The position numbers and the translations under genes were made by a program. DNA of 64,000 bases from Ignavibacteriaceae bacterium (GTDB lineage Bacteria > Bacteroidota > Ignavibacteria > Ignavibacteriales > Ignavibacteriaceae), in assembly GCA_046705645.1 (NCBI GenBank), contig JBJKQE010000063.1, forward strand, positions 12,486 through 76,485, read 5' to 3'. The notes below the pieces were generated by a model, which saw only the letters and a program-made list of their open reading frames with translations, had not been told where the DNA came from and did no database searches. Positions 1 to 9,023 of the stretch are shown one piece after another. Numbering within the stretch: position 1 is the stretch's first letter; every line of letters begins with the position of its first letter.

Positions 1-671
1 GTGGCCCCAGTAAATGCGCCCATAACATGACCAAAAAGCTCACTCTCAAGTAATGTCTCTGTTAAAGCTGTACAATTGACCGCAACAAATGGTTCATTTT
101 TAGTAATTCCTTCATAATGAATCATCCTGGTAATTAATTCTTTACCGGTACCGCTTTCCCCCTGAATTAAAACATTTACTCTTGTGGCGGAGACTTTTCC
201 AATCTTCTTGAATATCTCCTTCATTTCCTCACTTTCCCCAACCATATGATATTTCTGTTTATATTCCTGTTCATTCTCAGAAAGAGCTATAATCATTCTT
301 TCATTATTTTTCTTACTTTCAAGTGTTTTCTTTACAACAAACTTTATACGCTTTAATTCATACGATTTATCAAAGTAGTCATATGCCCCCAATTGCATTG
401 CTTTAATTATTGAATCGGTTTCATCAAATGCTGTAATTATTATGACTGCAATTGTATTGTCAATTTCTTTAATTCTCTTTAATACCTCTAAACCATCTAT
501 GTCTGGCATCTTAAGGTCAGTTATGACTACATCCGGAGTTTCTTTTTTAACAAAAGCCAAACCCTCATTACCACTATTAGTATATTGTACATTTGAAAAC
601 GAATTCGATAAAAATAGTTTTAAGGTTTCGGCAAATGCCTTGTCATCATCAATTATTAGAATTTTTTCCAT
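1..671 (-). CDS. Sigma-54-dependent (NtrC-family) response regulator, partial (C-terminus lies beyond the window start)
   Basis: Manual minus-strand translation from the ATG at 671 gives [13 protein letters not shown]...DLKMPDIDG (receiver domain). It continues with GESGTGKE (Walker A) and [15 protein letters not shown] (GAFTGA sigma-54 contact motif). The frame is open to position 1. The ORF is absent from the track because it has no stop inside the window. Confidence 0.9.
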   Translation of the reverse strand, partial: MEKILIIDDDKAFAETLKLFLSNSFSNVQYTNSGNEGLAFVKKETPDVVITDLKMPDIDGLEVLKRIKEIDNTIAVIIITAFDETDSIIKAMQLGAYDYFDKSYELKRIKFVVKKTLESKKNNERMIIALSENEQEYKQKYHMVGESEEMKEIFKKIGKVSATRVNVLIQGESGTGKELITRMIHYEGITKNEPFVAVNCTALTETLLESELFGHVMGAFTGA

Positions 672-1743
672 ATAAAAAATCTAATGTGAAAATTAATTTA
701 AAAATTGTTTCTCCAGATTGGGAAGATACCAAATGTACATCTCCATTATGTAATTCAAGTATTTTTTTAATTATAGGAAGCCCCAAACCGGTGCCGTATG
801 TTTTTGTTGTAAAAAAAGGTTCAAATATCTTTTCTTTCTGCTCCACACCATGCCCGTTATCTTTTATAAAAATAAAACAATGCTCCTTTTTTGTCTCAGA
901 CCAAATTTCTATTACACCGTCACTTGCAATTGCATCTATTGAATTTTCGACTAAATTTAAAAATACCGATTGAAGTCTTAGATAATCACCGAAAAGTCTT
1001 ATTTCTTTAATGTTATTTACAAGTTCAATTTGCTTTTTTAATAGAACCGGAGAAAGTGTTTCTCTAACTTTTTCAATTAAACTTTTCAGATCTATTTCTA
1101 CGTTAATTAAATTAATCGGACGGGAGAATTCCAAAACATCTCTCATCAAATTGTTCAAACGCTTAACTTCATCACGAACCAGGACCAAAGGTTTTTTTAA
1201 TTTTTCCGAAAATTCTTCCTCTTCAGAAAGTAAATCCAAATAATTCTTTATTGAGGCCAAAGGATTTTTTATCTCATGAGAAAGATGGGAATACATCCTG
1301 CCGATTGCAGCCAGATTTTCTAAATTCCTAAGTTCTTCTTCAGAATTTTTATGATTAGTTCTACTCCTTTGAATTGTTAAAAATCCTACTACCTGATCAT
1401 TCTCATCTTTTAATAAATTAAACGTTTCCTCAATATTTAATTTAATACCTTCTTTATTTTTAGTAATGTTTTCTTTTTTTAATTCTTTATTTTTTAAAAG
1501 AGCTTTCCAAACCTCACTATAATAATTTGAATCAACAACTTCACTTTGAATGATTTGTGGCGTTAATTTTCCCACAACCTCATCCTCTTCAATCCCATAA
1601 GTTTTTGTGAATTCCGGGTTGATATAATTTATTATTCCATTTTTATCGGTAATAAATACTATCTCTTTACTTAATTCTACTACTTTTTTAAACTTTATAA
1701 AATCAGTATCATTTTTATAGACTATTGACTTCTCTTTTGCCAT
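649..1743 (-). CDS. PAS-domain sensor histidine kinase
   Basis: PAS-like N-terminus ([20 protein letters not shown]), H-box [14 protein letters not shown], and ATPase motifs DNGHGV and GTGLGLPI. The 3' end overlaps the response-regulator start by 23 nt, which suggests an operon. Confidence 0.9.
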   Translation of the reverse strand: MAKEKSIVYKNDTDFIKFKKVVELSKEIVFITDKNGIINYINPEFTKTYGIEEDEVVGKLTPQIIQSEVVDSNYYSEVWKALLKNKELKKENITKNKEGIKLNIEETFNLLKDENDQVVGFLTIQRSRTNHKNSEEELRNLENLAAIGRMYSHLSHEIKNPLASIKNYLDLLSEEEEFSEKLKKPLVLVRDEVKRLNNLMRDVLEFSRPINLINVEIDLKSLIEKVRETLSPVLLKKQIELVNNIKEIRLFGDYLRLQSVFLNLVENSIDAIASDGVIEIWSETKKEHCFIFIKDNGHGVEQKEKIFEPFFTTKTYGTGLGLPIIKKILELHNGDVHLVSSQSGETIFKLIFTLDFLYGKNSNN

Positions 1744-2154
1744 TGTTAAAATCTTTTAAGTAAGAAAGTTTTAAATTAAATAATGCCTTAAAGAAATGGG
1801 ATCTAAGGTAACTAATTTTATTAGGAAGAATTTCTTTGATTTGGTTTAATTTATTATTATGAGAGATGCTTCCACTAGAGATATGGTTACCTCTTTGTTC
1901 CATCTCTTCAGTTCCCATTTAGTTTCCACCATAAAATTTATAATTACTATAATAAATAATTGACAAGGCCAATATAGTCATAAAAAAATTAAATTATTAT
2001 TTAAACCAATATTTTGTAATAAAAATAAACTCAATATATATATAAAGTCAATATTGATATTAATTCGTTTTCATTACTAAATTTTTATTTATACGAATAT
2101 TATATTTTAACGGCTGGTTATTTATTAACTAGGTATTGCAGTTCCTAATATCAA

Positions 2155-2664
2155 TTACGTTTCTAGAGTTTTTTGTACTTCTAAAGTTTGAGAGATTTTA
2201 TTATTTTTCCGACTGAACTTTCCTTTTAAACATCCTTTTACTAGTACATGACCTTTCATTGCATTTAGCAATTCAAATTTTGATGCACCAGCTTCCAGCG
2301 GCACACCTTTATCCAGGCCAAATATTTTAAAAGAATATTTATGAGAACCTTTACCGGGACAAGGTCCGGTATAACCAATTTTACCGAAGTCATTTGTTCC
2401 AATTATTACTTCATCCGGTACATTTCTTACGGTGGTTATTTCCTCCGGCAGTTCTTTTACATGAGCGGGTATATTAAAGAGGATCCAATGAATTGTCTTA
2501 TCATTTGGAGTATTCAAATCTTCAAAGAATAGAACAAAACTTCTAACCTTGGGATTAGAACATTTCCATTTTATTTTAGGTGAAACATTAATTCCTTCGC
2601 AAGTATATTTAACAGGAATTGTTTCCCCTTCTTTAAAAGCATTGCACCTTATTTGAATTTCCAA
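2155..2664 (-). CDS. YbhB/YbcL (PEBP, Raf-kinase-inhibitor-like) family protein
   Basis: 169 aa with the typical pattern AFKEGETIPVKYTCEGINVSPKIKW ... HWILFNIP ... YTGPCPGKGSHKYSFKIFGLD. Apparent TTG start. Confidence 0.85.
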   Translation of the reverse strand: MEIQIRCNAFKEGETIPVKYTCEGINVSPKIKWKCSNPKVRSFVLFFEDLNTPNDKTIHWILFNIPAHVKELPEEITTVRNVPDEVIIGTNDFGKIGYTGPCPGKGSHKYSFKIFGLDKGVPLEAGASKFELLNAMKGHVLVKGCLKGKFSRKNNKISQTLEVQKTLET

Positions 2665-2772
2665 ACTATCCCCAAAATTGTTGCCGAAAATAAACCAAAA
2701 ATAGGTTAAAAGGCAATATCTTAGATATATTATTACCTGGTAAAAAATTATAAATTAGTGCAAGTATTTTGT

Positions 2773-3897
2773 TTAATTTTTAAAAAGCAAAGTAAACCTT
2801 TTAACAGTGTGATTATTCCTAATAGCTAATTCAACAGCATTTCGATTTCCAATAATAATCATTATCTCCTTTGCCCTGGTTATTGCAGTATAAAGTAAAT
2901 TCCTTTGGAGCATTATAAAATGTGAAGTGGTTAATGGCAAAATTACATATGGATATTCACTGCCCTGGCTTTTATGAACAGTTATTGCATATGCTAAAGT
3001 CAATTCATTAAGTTCTGTAAAGTCATATTTTATTTGCCTGTCATTTATATCTACAATTAGTGAATTCTCCGCGCTATTTTTTTCAATTATTATACCCACA
3101 TCTCCGTTAAAGATTTCTTTCTCATAATTATTTCGCAACTGCATAACTTTATCGCCTATTTTAAACTCAAAACTTTCCCTCATAATTAAGGTATTGTTAT
3201 TGTTTAGTCCATTCTGAAGTATTTTGTTTAAATTTATTGCTCCGATTGCTCCCTTGTGCATTGGCGTAAGAACCTGAATATCTAACATTGGATTGTAATT
3301 ATATTTTGACGGCAGCCTTCGTACACAAAGGTCGAGAATCATTTCAGTTATTTCCTTATCATTATTTTCTTCAATAAAGAACAGGTCGCTCTGTTTGTTA
3401 TTAATCAGATCAGGTAATTTCCCTTGATTAATTTGATATGCAGCCAAAATAATTTTACTCCTCTCTGACTGCCTATAAATTTTTGTTAATGTACTGCAAG
3501 GTATAATTCCGGAAAAAATAAGATCGGAAAAAACGTTACCGGGATCGACAGCAGGTAATTGATCTGAATCCCCTACTAAAATTAGAGTTGTCTTTTCGTT
3601 TATTGCACTTAATAGATGATACATTAATACTGTATCAATCATTGAAACTTCATCCACAACCAATAGATCAACATCAAGCTCATTTCCCGCATTATATTCG
3701 AAAAAATTTTCAACGGGATTATATTCCAAAAGTCTATGGATAGTTTTTGCTTCATGATTTATTACTTCACTCATTCTATCAGCAGCTCTTCCTGTTGGGG
3801 CGGCCAATAAAATTTTTTTATTCATCATTTCATATATCTGTATAATGCCTTTAAGAGTTTCAGTTTTTCCTGTTCCGGGTCCACCGGTTAAAATCAT
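2773..3897 (-). CDS. recD2: RecD2-like ATP-dependent DNA helicase, C-terminal (motor) fragment
   Basis: Walker A ILTGGPGTGKT, motif II LVVDEVSMID, LVGDSDQLP and TVHKSQGSEY. Same frame as ORF 3970..4866, separated from it only by a TGA and 24 open codons. Confidence 0.9.
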   Translation of the reverse strand: MILTGGPGTGKTETLKGIIQIYEMMNKKILLAAPTGRAADRMSEVINHEAKTIHRLLEYNPVENFFEYNAGNELDVDLLVVDEVSMIDTVLMYHLLSAINEKTTLILVGDSDQLPAVDPGNVFSDLIFSGIIPCSTLTKIYRQSERSKIILAAYQINQGKLPDLINNKQSDLFFIEENNDKEITEMILDLCVRRLPSKYNYNPMLDIQVLTPMHKGAIGAINLNKILQNGLNNNNTLIMRESFEFKIGDKVMQLRNNYEKEIFNGDVGIIIEKNSAENSLIVDINDRQIKYDFTELNELTLAYAITVHKSQGSEYPYVILPLTTSHFIMLQRNLLYTAITRAKEIMIIIGNRNAVELAIRNNHTVKRFTLLFKN

Positions 3898-3969
3898 TAA
3901 ACTATATTCAACGGATTTCTTTATAGCATTGAGCTGTTCTTTAGAATAATTGCTTTGAATTTTTTTTAG

Positions 3970-4866
3970 TCATTTTAATTTATTTGGATTATTATTTTTA
4001 TGAAGGGAAGCCAACATACGAATGCGTTTTTCAATTTCATTTTCGGCATATAATAAATAAGAAAGATAAACTCTCTCATTAACTATTTTTATCATACCTT
4101 CGTTTGCTAGTTCTAATAAACTAATATCAGACTTACTCATTTCATAATTCAGCAAAACTTCACAATGACCAATTAATTTAATTACCGGTAAGTAAACATG
4201 GCCAGCATTTGCAGCTTCATTTAGTACATATAGTATTCCTGCTTTAATTCTATATGGATGATTAAAATCAAAGCCTTCTCCTTGTGCGATTCTATCCGCC
4301 AGTTTAAATCCGATCCCGATCACATCATAAGTTAACTGATAAGGATTTTTTTTAACTACAGTTTTGGTCTGATTACCATATATTTTAAAGATTTTCATTG
4401 CTAACGCAGTTGAAATTCCGAATGATTGAAGATATATTAAAATATCTTTAAAACTCTTTTGCTTTTCCCAGCTTTTTTGATTTATTGCAATTTTATTTTT
4501 CCCCAGTCCTTTAATTTCATATAATCTATTAATCTCATCATCAAGTATTTTGAAGGTTTCTTCACCAAATTTTTTTACAATAATCTCTGCAGTTTTTTTA
4601 CCTAAACCTTTAATTATCCCAGAGCTTAAAAATTTAATTATTTCGCCGGATGTTTCCGGGTAAAGGATGTTGAAACTTTCAAAGCTAAATTGTTTACCAA
4701 ATTTTAAATTTGAATTCCAATCGCCTATTAGCTCAATATGCTGACCTGAATTTAAATGAGGTATAGTCCCGACTGCTTTAGTTCCATCTTCCAGATAAAA
4801 GACGCCGTATCCGGAATTTTCATTATAAAAAATAAAAGTATCGATATAGCCGGTTATTTTTTTCAT
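3970..4866 (-). CDS. recD2: RecD2-like helicase, N-terminal fragment (OB-like and helix-hairpin-helix region)
   Basis: The N-terminus MKKITGYIDTFIFYNENSGYGVFYLEDG and the IKGLGKKTAEIIVKKFG HhH-type repeats are typical of RecD2 N-terminal domains. The fragment ends at TGA 3970..3972. Confidence 0.85.
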   Translation of the reverse strand: MKKITGYIDTFIFYNENSGYGVFYLEDGTKAVGTIPHLNSGQHIELIGDWNSNLKFGKQFSFESFNILYPETSGEIIKFLSSGIIKGLGKKTAEIIVKKFGEETFKILDDEINRLYEIKGLGKNKIAINQKSWEKQKSFKDILIYLQSFGISTALAMKIFKIYGNQTKTVVKKNPYQLTYDVIGIGFKLADRIAQGEGFDFNHPYRIKAGILYVLNEAANAGHVYLPVIKLIGHCEVLLNYEMSKSDISLLELANEGMIKIVNERVYLSYLLYAENEIEKRIRMLASLHKNNNPNKLK

Positions 4867-5074
4867 ATTTATTTTTTAGAATTTTCCAAGAAAGGATCAA
4901 ACGATTATACAATATAATTATATAGGAACAATCATAAAATTCATTGAGAGTAATTTAATATAATTCGTCTTACGTAAAATTTAGTATCTATTTTACTGTA
5001 TTTTATAGAACTTTATTCTATTTTAGATATATAAGAATTCATAAAAAGTTTGCAATAATTGAAGGGGTCACATT

Positions 5075-6277
5075 GTGAGTAACATAAAAAATAAAAAAGG
5101 CATAATTGCAATTTTAACCGGCGGTGGAGATGTCCCCGGGTTAAATCCTGCTATTCGTGCTGTAACAATTCGAGCTATTAGAGAAGGATTTCAAGTTATC
5201 GGAATCCGCAGAGGCTGGGCAGGGTTAATAGATATAATTCGCGATAAACATGCCGACAATTCAAATAATTACCTAATTCTAACAGAGGAAATAGTAAATA
5301 AAGCTGGGAGAACCGGTGGAACTTTCCTTCATACTTCCAGGACAAGACCAAGTCATATTCCCAGAATAAATGTTCCTGAACACTTAGCAGATAAATATAA
5401 TGATGAAATCAATGATTTAACCCCTGAAGTATTGAAAAATTTGGACTTTCTGAATATTGACTATCTAATACCGGTAGGAGGAGATGATACGTTAAGCTAT
5501 GCCGTTCAATTGCATAAATCCGGCGTAAAAGTCATTGCGATTCCAAAAACGATGGACAATGATGTCCCTGGAACTGATTATTGCATCGGATTTAGTACAT
5601 GTGTAACAAGAACTATTATGTTAACACACAGTTTAAGAACATCCGCCGGGTCGCATGAAAGATTTTTGGTAATTGAAGTTTTCGGAAGATATGCGGGTTT
5701 TACAGCTTTACTGCCGACTATGGCTGGGGCAGCTAATAGATGTGTAATTCCGGAATACAAGTTTAATATTGAGTCGCTCACCGAATTAATGGTAGAAGAT
5801 AGATTTACTAATCCGAGCAGTTATTCCGTAGTTCTGGTTTCCGAAGGCGCAATGTTTGAAGGCGGAGAAATGGTTTTTCAGAGTGATGAGAAAGATGCTT
5901 TCGGCCATAAAAAATTAGGTGGGATAGGAGATGTAATTTCAAACCAGCTTAAAGAACTATCTCCAAAATTTAATAATAATAAGAGGATTAATGTCATTAA
6001 CCAAAGATTAAGTTATTTAGTACGATGCGGAGATCCCGATGCAATTGACTCTATAGTTCCTATGGCATTTGGTAATCTTGCTCTTGATTTAATGTTAAAA
6101 AGAATTCACGGTCGGCTGATAATTCTAAAGGAAGGAAGATATAATAACGCTCCAATTGATGTAATAACAAGCATGAAAAAAACTGTTAATGTTGAAAAGT
6201 ACTATAATACAAAACGATTAAGACCTCATTATAAAAGTTTTGAATCTAAGCCTTTATTTATAATGACAAGTGAATAA
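5075..6277 (+). CDS. pfp: 6-phosphofructokinase, probably pyrophosphate-dependent (PPi-PFK)
   Basis: GGGDVPGLNPAIR, PVGGDDTLSYA and IPKTMDNDV. Asp in GGDD and Lys in PKTxDND are the positions that separate PPi-type from ATP-type (GGDG / GxGTIDND) enzymes. GTG start preceded by GAAGGGG. Confidence 0.85.
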   Translation: MSNIKNKKGIIAILTGGGDVPGLNPAIRAVTIRAIREGFQVIGIRRGWAGLIDIIRDKHADNSNNYLILTEEIVNKAGRTGGTFLHTSRTRPSHIPRINVPEHLADKYNDEINDLTPEVLKNLDFLNIDYLIPVGGDDTLSYAVQLHKSGVKVIAIPKTMDNDVPGTDYCIGFSTCVTRTIMLTHSLRTSAGSHERFLVIEVFGRYAGFTALLPTMAGAANRCVIPEYKFNIESLTELMVEDRFTNPSSYSVVLVSEGAMFEGGEMVFQSDEKDAFGHKKLGGIGDVISNQLKELSPKFNNNKRINVINQRLSYLVRCGDPDAIDSIVPMAFGNLALDLMLKRIHGRLIILKEGRYNNAPIDVITSMKKTVNVEKYYNTKRLRPHYKSFESKPLFIMTSE

Positions 6278-6317
6278 ATTATACTTTAATATTAACATTA
6301 TTTTAAATAAAATTATA

Positions 6318-6629
6318 TCAAACTAACAAAACCGAATTTTCAGCGTCCTGAAAATAAGTAGGGACCTGTTTGTCTGCATCTTCTTCAATTAGCCAAAACT
6401 CATTATCCAGAAGATATCTAAATTGATATTCATTATTCTTTTCCAGCTCAACTGTAAGAATAAATGAACCATCCTTCTTCTGTTTTTTCATCGGCGTGGC
6501 ATGAGTATTCCAATTATTAAAGTCGCCAACCACGTGAGCTTTTTTATATTTTTTACCTATTTCTTTAGGAATTTTAAAAGTCACTTTGCATAATTGCCTA
6601 TCAGGCTGATATGTTTTTTTAATCCCCAA
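6318..6629 (-). CDS. Small CBM48 / AMPK-beta-like glycogen-binding domain protein
   Basis: 103 aa with VTFKIP...AHVVGDFNNWN...FILTVELEKNNEYQFRYLLDNEFW, the early-set carbohydrate-binding pattern. TTG start with GGAGG upstream. Confidence 0.7.
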   Translation of the reverse strand: MGIKKTYQPDRQLCKVTFKIPKEIGKKYKKAHVVGDFNNWNTHATPMKKQKKDGSFILTVELEKNNEYQFRYLLDNEFWLIEEDADKQVPTYFQDAENSVLLV

Positions 6630-6685
6630 CTCTTCCTCCCATAATAATAAAAAAAAGTTAAATTGTTATTTACCGAAAATCTAAA

Positions 6686-7021
6686 TTACCCTGGCTTTAC
6701 TCTTCTAAATATTCTTAATGCACCTTCAATTGGGCAAACACTTACACAAATACCGCATCCGTTACATCCGGATCCGGTATATGCAATAGGGAAAAAGCCT
6801 TTTTTGTTCGCTGATTTACTTACAAACAAAACTTTTTCCGAACATTCTTGTGCACACAATTTACAACCATTACATAATTCGGAATTAATGCAAAGCCGTA
6901 TACCATAATTATTTGTATCTCCAAGGCCATCTTTAAATGTATTATTTGCTAAAGTTAGATTTATTTTCCTAGCTCGTATCGGCCGATTAGCATTAATTTG
7001 AAGAAATACCTGCATATTCAT
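6686..7021 (-). CDS. Dicluster 4Fe-4S ferredoxin-domain protein
   Basis: Two CxxCxxCxxxC(P) motifs: CNGCKLCAQEC and CNGCGICVSVCP. Confidence 0.8.
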   Translation of the reverse strand: MNMQVFLQINANRPIRARKINLTLANNTFKDGLGDTNNYGIRLCINSELCNGCKLCAQECSEKVLFVSKSANKKGFFPIAYTGSGCNGCGICVSVCPIEGALRIFRRVKPG

Positions 7022-7646
7022 CTTTAATCCCCGTTTATTAAATCTGCCTGTTATTAATTATAATATATAAAATTTTTGAAAAATTTTCGCTGTAAAAAGG
7101 CAATTATAATAAAAAATTAATATTTTGATAAAATTTGCTCGTTTTATTCACCATTTAGGTAATTTAATTTAAGTAATTATTTTACAATAAGTTATGAAAC
7201 TGTTTTATCGAATTTTAATCAAAACCTTAATTTTTACTTAATAAATTTGGCGATTTATAATACATATAAATAAAATTTGCTCTTAATATTTTAAGTCAGA
7301 TGAACTTACGAATCGAAACGCATCACACTTTTCAACTGTTCCAAAATTAAATAATTGACTATTCGGAAAAAGAAATTTACATTGTTATTAGATGAAATAT
7401 AATTTCAACTTAAAGACATCAGAATCAAATTTTGGAAAAGAATTTATAAATTAATAAGTTGAAATTAGTTTATAGATTCGAGAACAAATAATGTGTTCAA
7501 ATAAACAATTATTATTTTTAAAAATAAAAAGAGGGAAATTCTATTTTTCAAATAAATACCATCCAAATATCCGATCTCATAATAACAACTTTATAATAAT
7601 AGCGGATTAATTTATTTAAGTTAACTGTTTAACAAAGGAGGAAAAT

Positions 7647-8135
7647 ATGCGATCAAGAATTTCTCAAAAGCGGAACGACAGACTAATTAAAGAAAGGAGA
7701 AAAGATACTTATAAAAACATTTCTGCTATACCGGAGAAAGCTGTGTGTAAAAATTGCGGCGTTACTTTTTCAAATGGACATTGGACGTGGAAAGAAAAGG
7801 ATGAAAATTTTTATGAAACAATTTGCCCTGCTTGTAAACGTACAGAAGATAATTATCCTGCCGGATTAATTGAGATTAAAGGTAAATTCTATAACGAGCA
7901 TTCTAAAGAAATTTCCAATCTTATCAAGAATACAGAGAAACTAGAGAAAAATGAAAGACCGTTAGAAAGAATTATGTCTATCAAAAAGGAAATAGGGCGC
8001 ATAATAGTAACAACTACCGGAATTCATATTGCAAGAAGAATTGGCGAAGCGTTAAAAAGATCCTACCAAGGACTTTTTTCATTTCAGTACGGGGAAGGAG
8101 AAAAAAGTATTAGAGTGGTTTGGGAAAGACAATAA
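7647..8135 (+). CDS. Conserved zinc-ribbon protein (resembles the BCAM0308 family; family name recalled from memory)
   Basis: CKNCG...CPACKR zinc-ribbon pair, then DNYPAGLIEIKG, ERPLERIM and TTTGIHIARRIGEALKRSYQG. AGGAGG lies 6 nt upstream of the ATG. Confidence 0.55.
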   Translation: MRSRISQKRNDRLIKERRKDTYKNISAIPEKAVCKNCGVTFSNGHWTWKEKDENFYETICPACKRTEDNYPAGLIEIKGKFYNEHSKEISNLIKNTEKLEKNERPLERIMSIKKEIGRIIVTTTGIHIARRIGEALKRSYQGLFSFQYGEGEKSIRVVWERQ

Positions 8136-8218
8136 TTTTCCCGATTAAGTTTATTTAAACACTAACTTATCGGACTTTTAAAATTAAAAATCAATTATAT
8201 TTAGGTTAATAAATGAAG

Positions 8219-8246
8219 ATTGCGCAGTTTAATAAAACTGCGCAAT
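8219..8246 (+). terminator. Perfect 11-bp stem / 6-nt loop hairpin downstream of 7647..8135 (no U-tract)
   Basis: attgcgcagtt-taataa-aactgcgcaat, read directly from the sequence. Confidence 0.35.
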
Positions 8247-8466
8247 AAATAAAATATAGGGGTAAAATTTTTTATCAAATAAAACAAAGCATAAAAAGCT
8301 TAAAATGAACCAGCACATTTCAAATTAAAAAGAAAATTCTATCAGTAAAACTACAATCGTCATCATCTATTATTTCCAACTATCATAATTATATTGTTTA
8401 TTAGTAATAGAAAGTTATGTTTATGACGTCCGGGAAAATATAAGTTTAATAAACGACGGTGATATT

Positions 8467-8889
8467 ATGAAAAAACAACATTTTTTATTAGCTGTTGTTC
8501 TTTTCACGTTTATTGTCTCAGCGGTTTCATTTTCAAAAGGGAGTAAATCAATCAATTCAAATTCATCTTACAATTTGATTGAAGCAAATTATATGGAAGG
8601 ATTGAAGTCGGATAATTTAGGATTGCGAATGAGTTGCGCATATTTTCTGGGGGAGATGAAATCTCCCAATGCTGTAATTCCTTTAATGAAAATACTAAAC
8701 ACTGAAAATCATGAAGGGATAAGAATTATTGCAGCATGGTCGTTAATTAAAATTGGAGACCCCAGAGGCATTTATCTGGTTAAAAGTCTGAGTGAAACTT
8801 GCAAAGATTGCTCGGTCCAATCAATGTGTGCATATTTTTATTACCACTATGTTCTTTCATCCGAAGGAAAGCTCAATTCGGACGATTAA
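8467..8889 (+). CDS. Secreted HEAT-repeat protein
   Basis: N-terminal signal-like segment, then PBS-lyase/HEAT-type repeats (RMSCAYFLGEMKSPNAVIPLMKIL, IRIIAAWSLIKIGDPRG). Confidence 0.65.
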   Translation: MKKQHFLLAVVLFTFIVSAVSFSKGSKSINSNSSYNLIEANYMEGLKSDNLGLRMSCAYFLGEMKSPNAVIPLMKILNTENHEGIRIIAAWSLIKIGDPRGIYLVKSLSETCKDCSVQSMCAYFYYHYVLSSEGKLNSDD

Positions 8890-8936
8890 CTGAAAGTATA
8901 TATATTTTCCGCCGGCAATTCATTTACAAAAGGATT

Positions 8937-8962
8937 TAAGAGCCGTTTAACACCGGCTCTTA
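8937..8962. terminator. 9-bp hairpin between convergent genes
   Basis: taagagccg-tttaacac-cggctctta sits between the 3' ends of 8467..8889 (+) and 9024..10673 (-). There is no clear U-tract. Confidence 0.4.
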
Positions 8963-9023
8963 GAAAATTATATATACTTATAAACCTTAGAAAAAATGTG
9001 TGTAATTACGTCAATTATAATAA

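Noticed and set aside
442-1243. Plus-strand ORFs 442..675, 593..973 and 1010..1243.
   Set aside because: They lie antisense to the well-supported response-regulator and histidine-kinase genes. Their composition is low-complexity and they carry no motifs. They are shadow ORFs typical of AT-rich DNA.
1715-1918. 67-aa minus-strand ORF upstream of the histidine kinase.
   Set aside because: It overlaps the kinase start, has no recognisable motif or RBS, and probably lies in the promoter region.
3970-3972. TGA in recD2 as evidence for an alternative genetic code or selenocysteine.
   Set aside because: TGA clearly terminates other conserved genes here (bshA at 33412..33414, the histidine kinase at 649..651). 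No other gene is fragmented at TGA. I see no stable hairpin just 3' of this codon that could act as a SECIS element.
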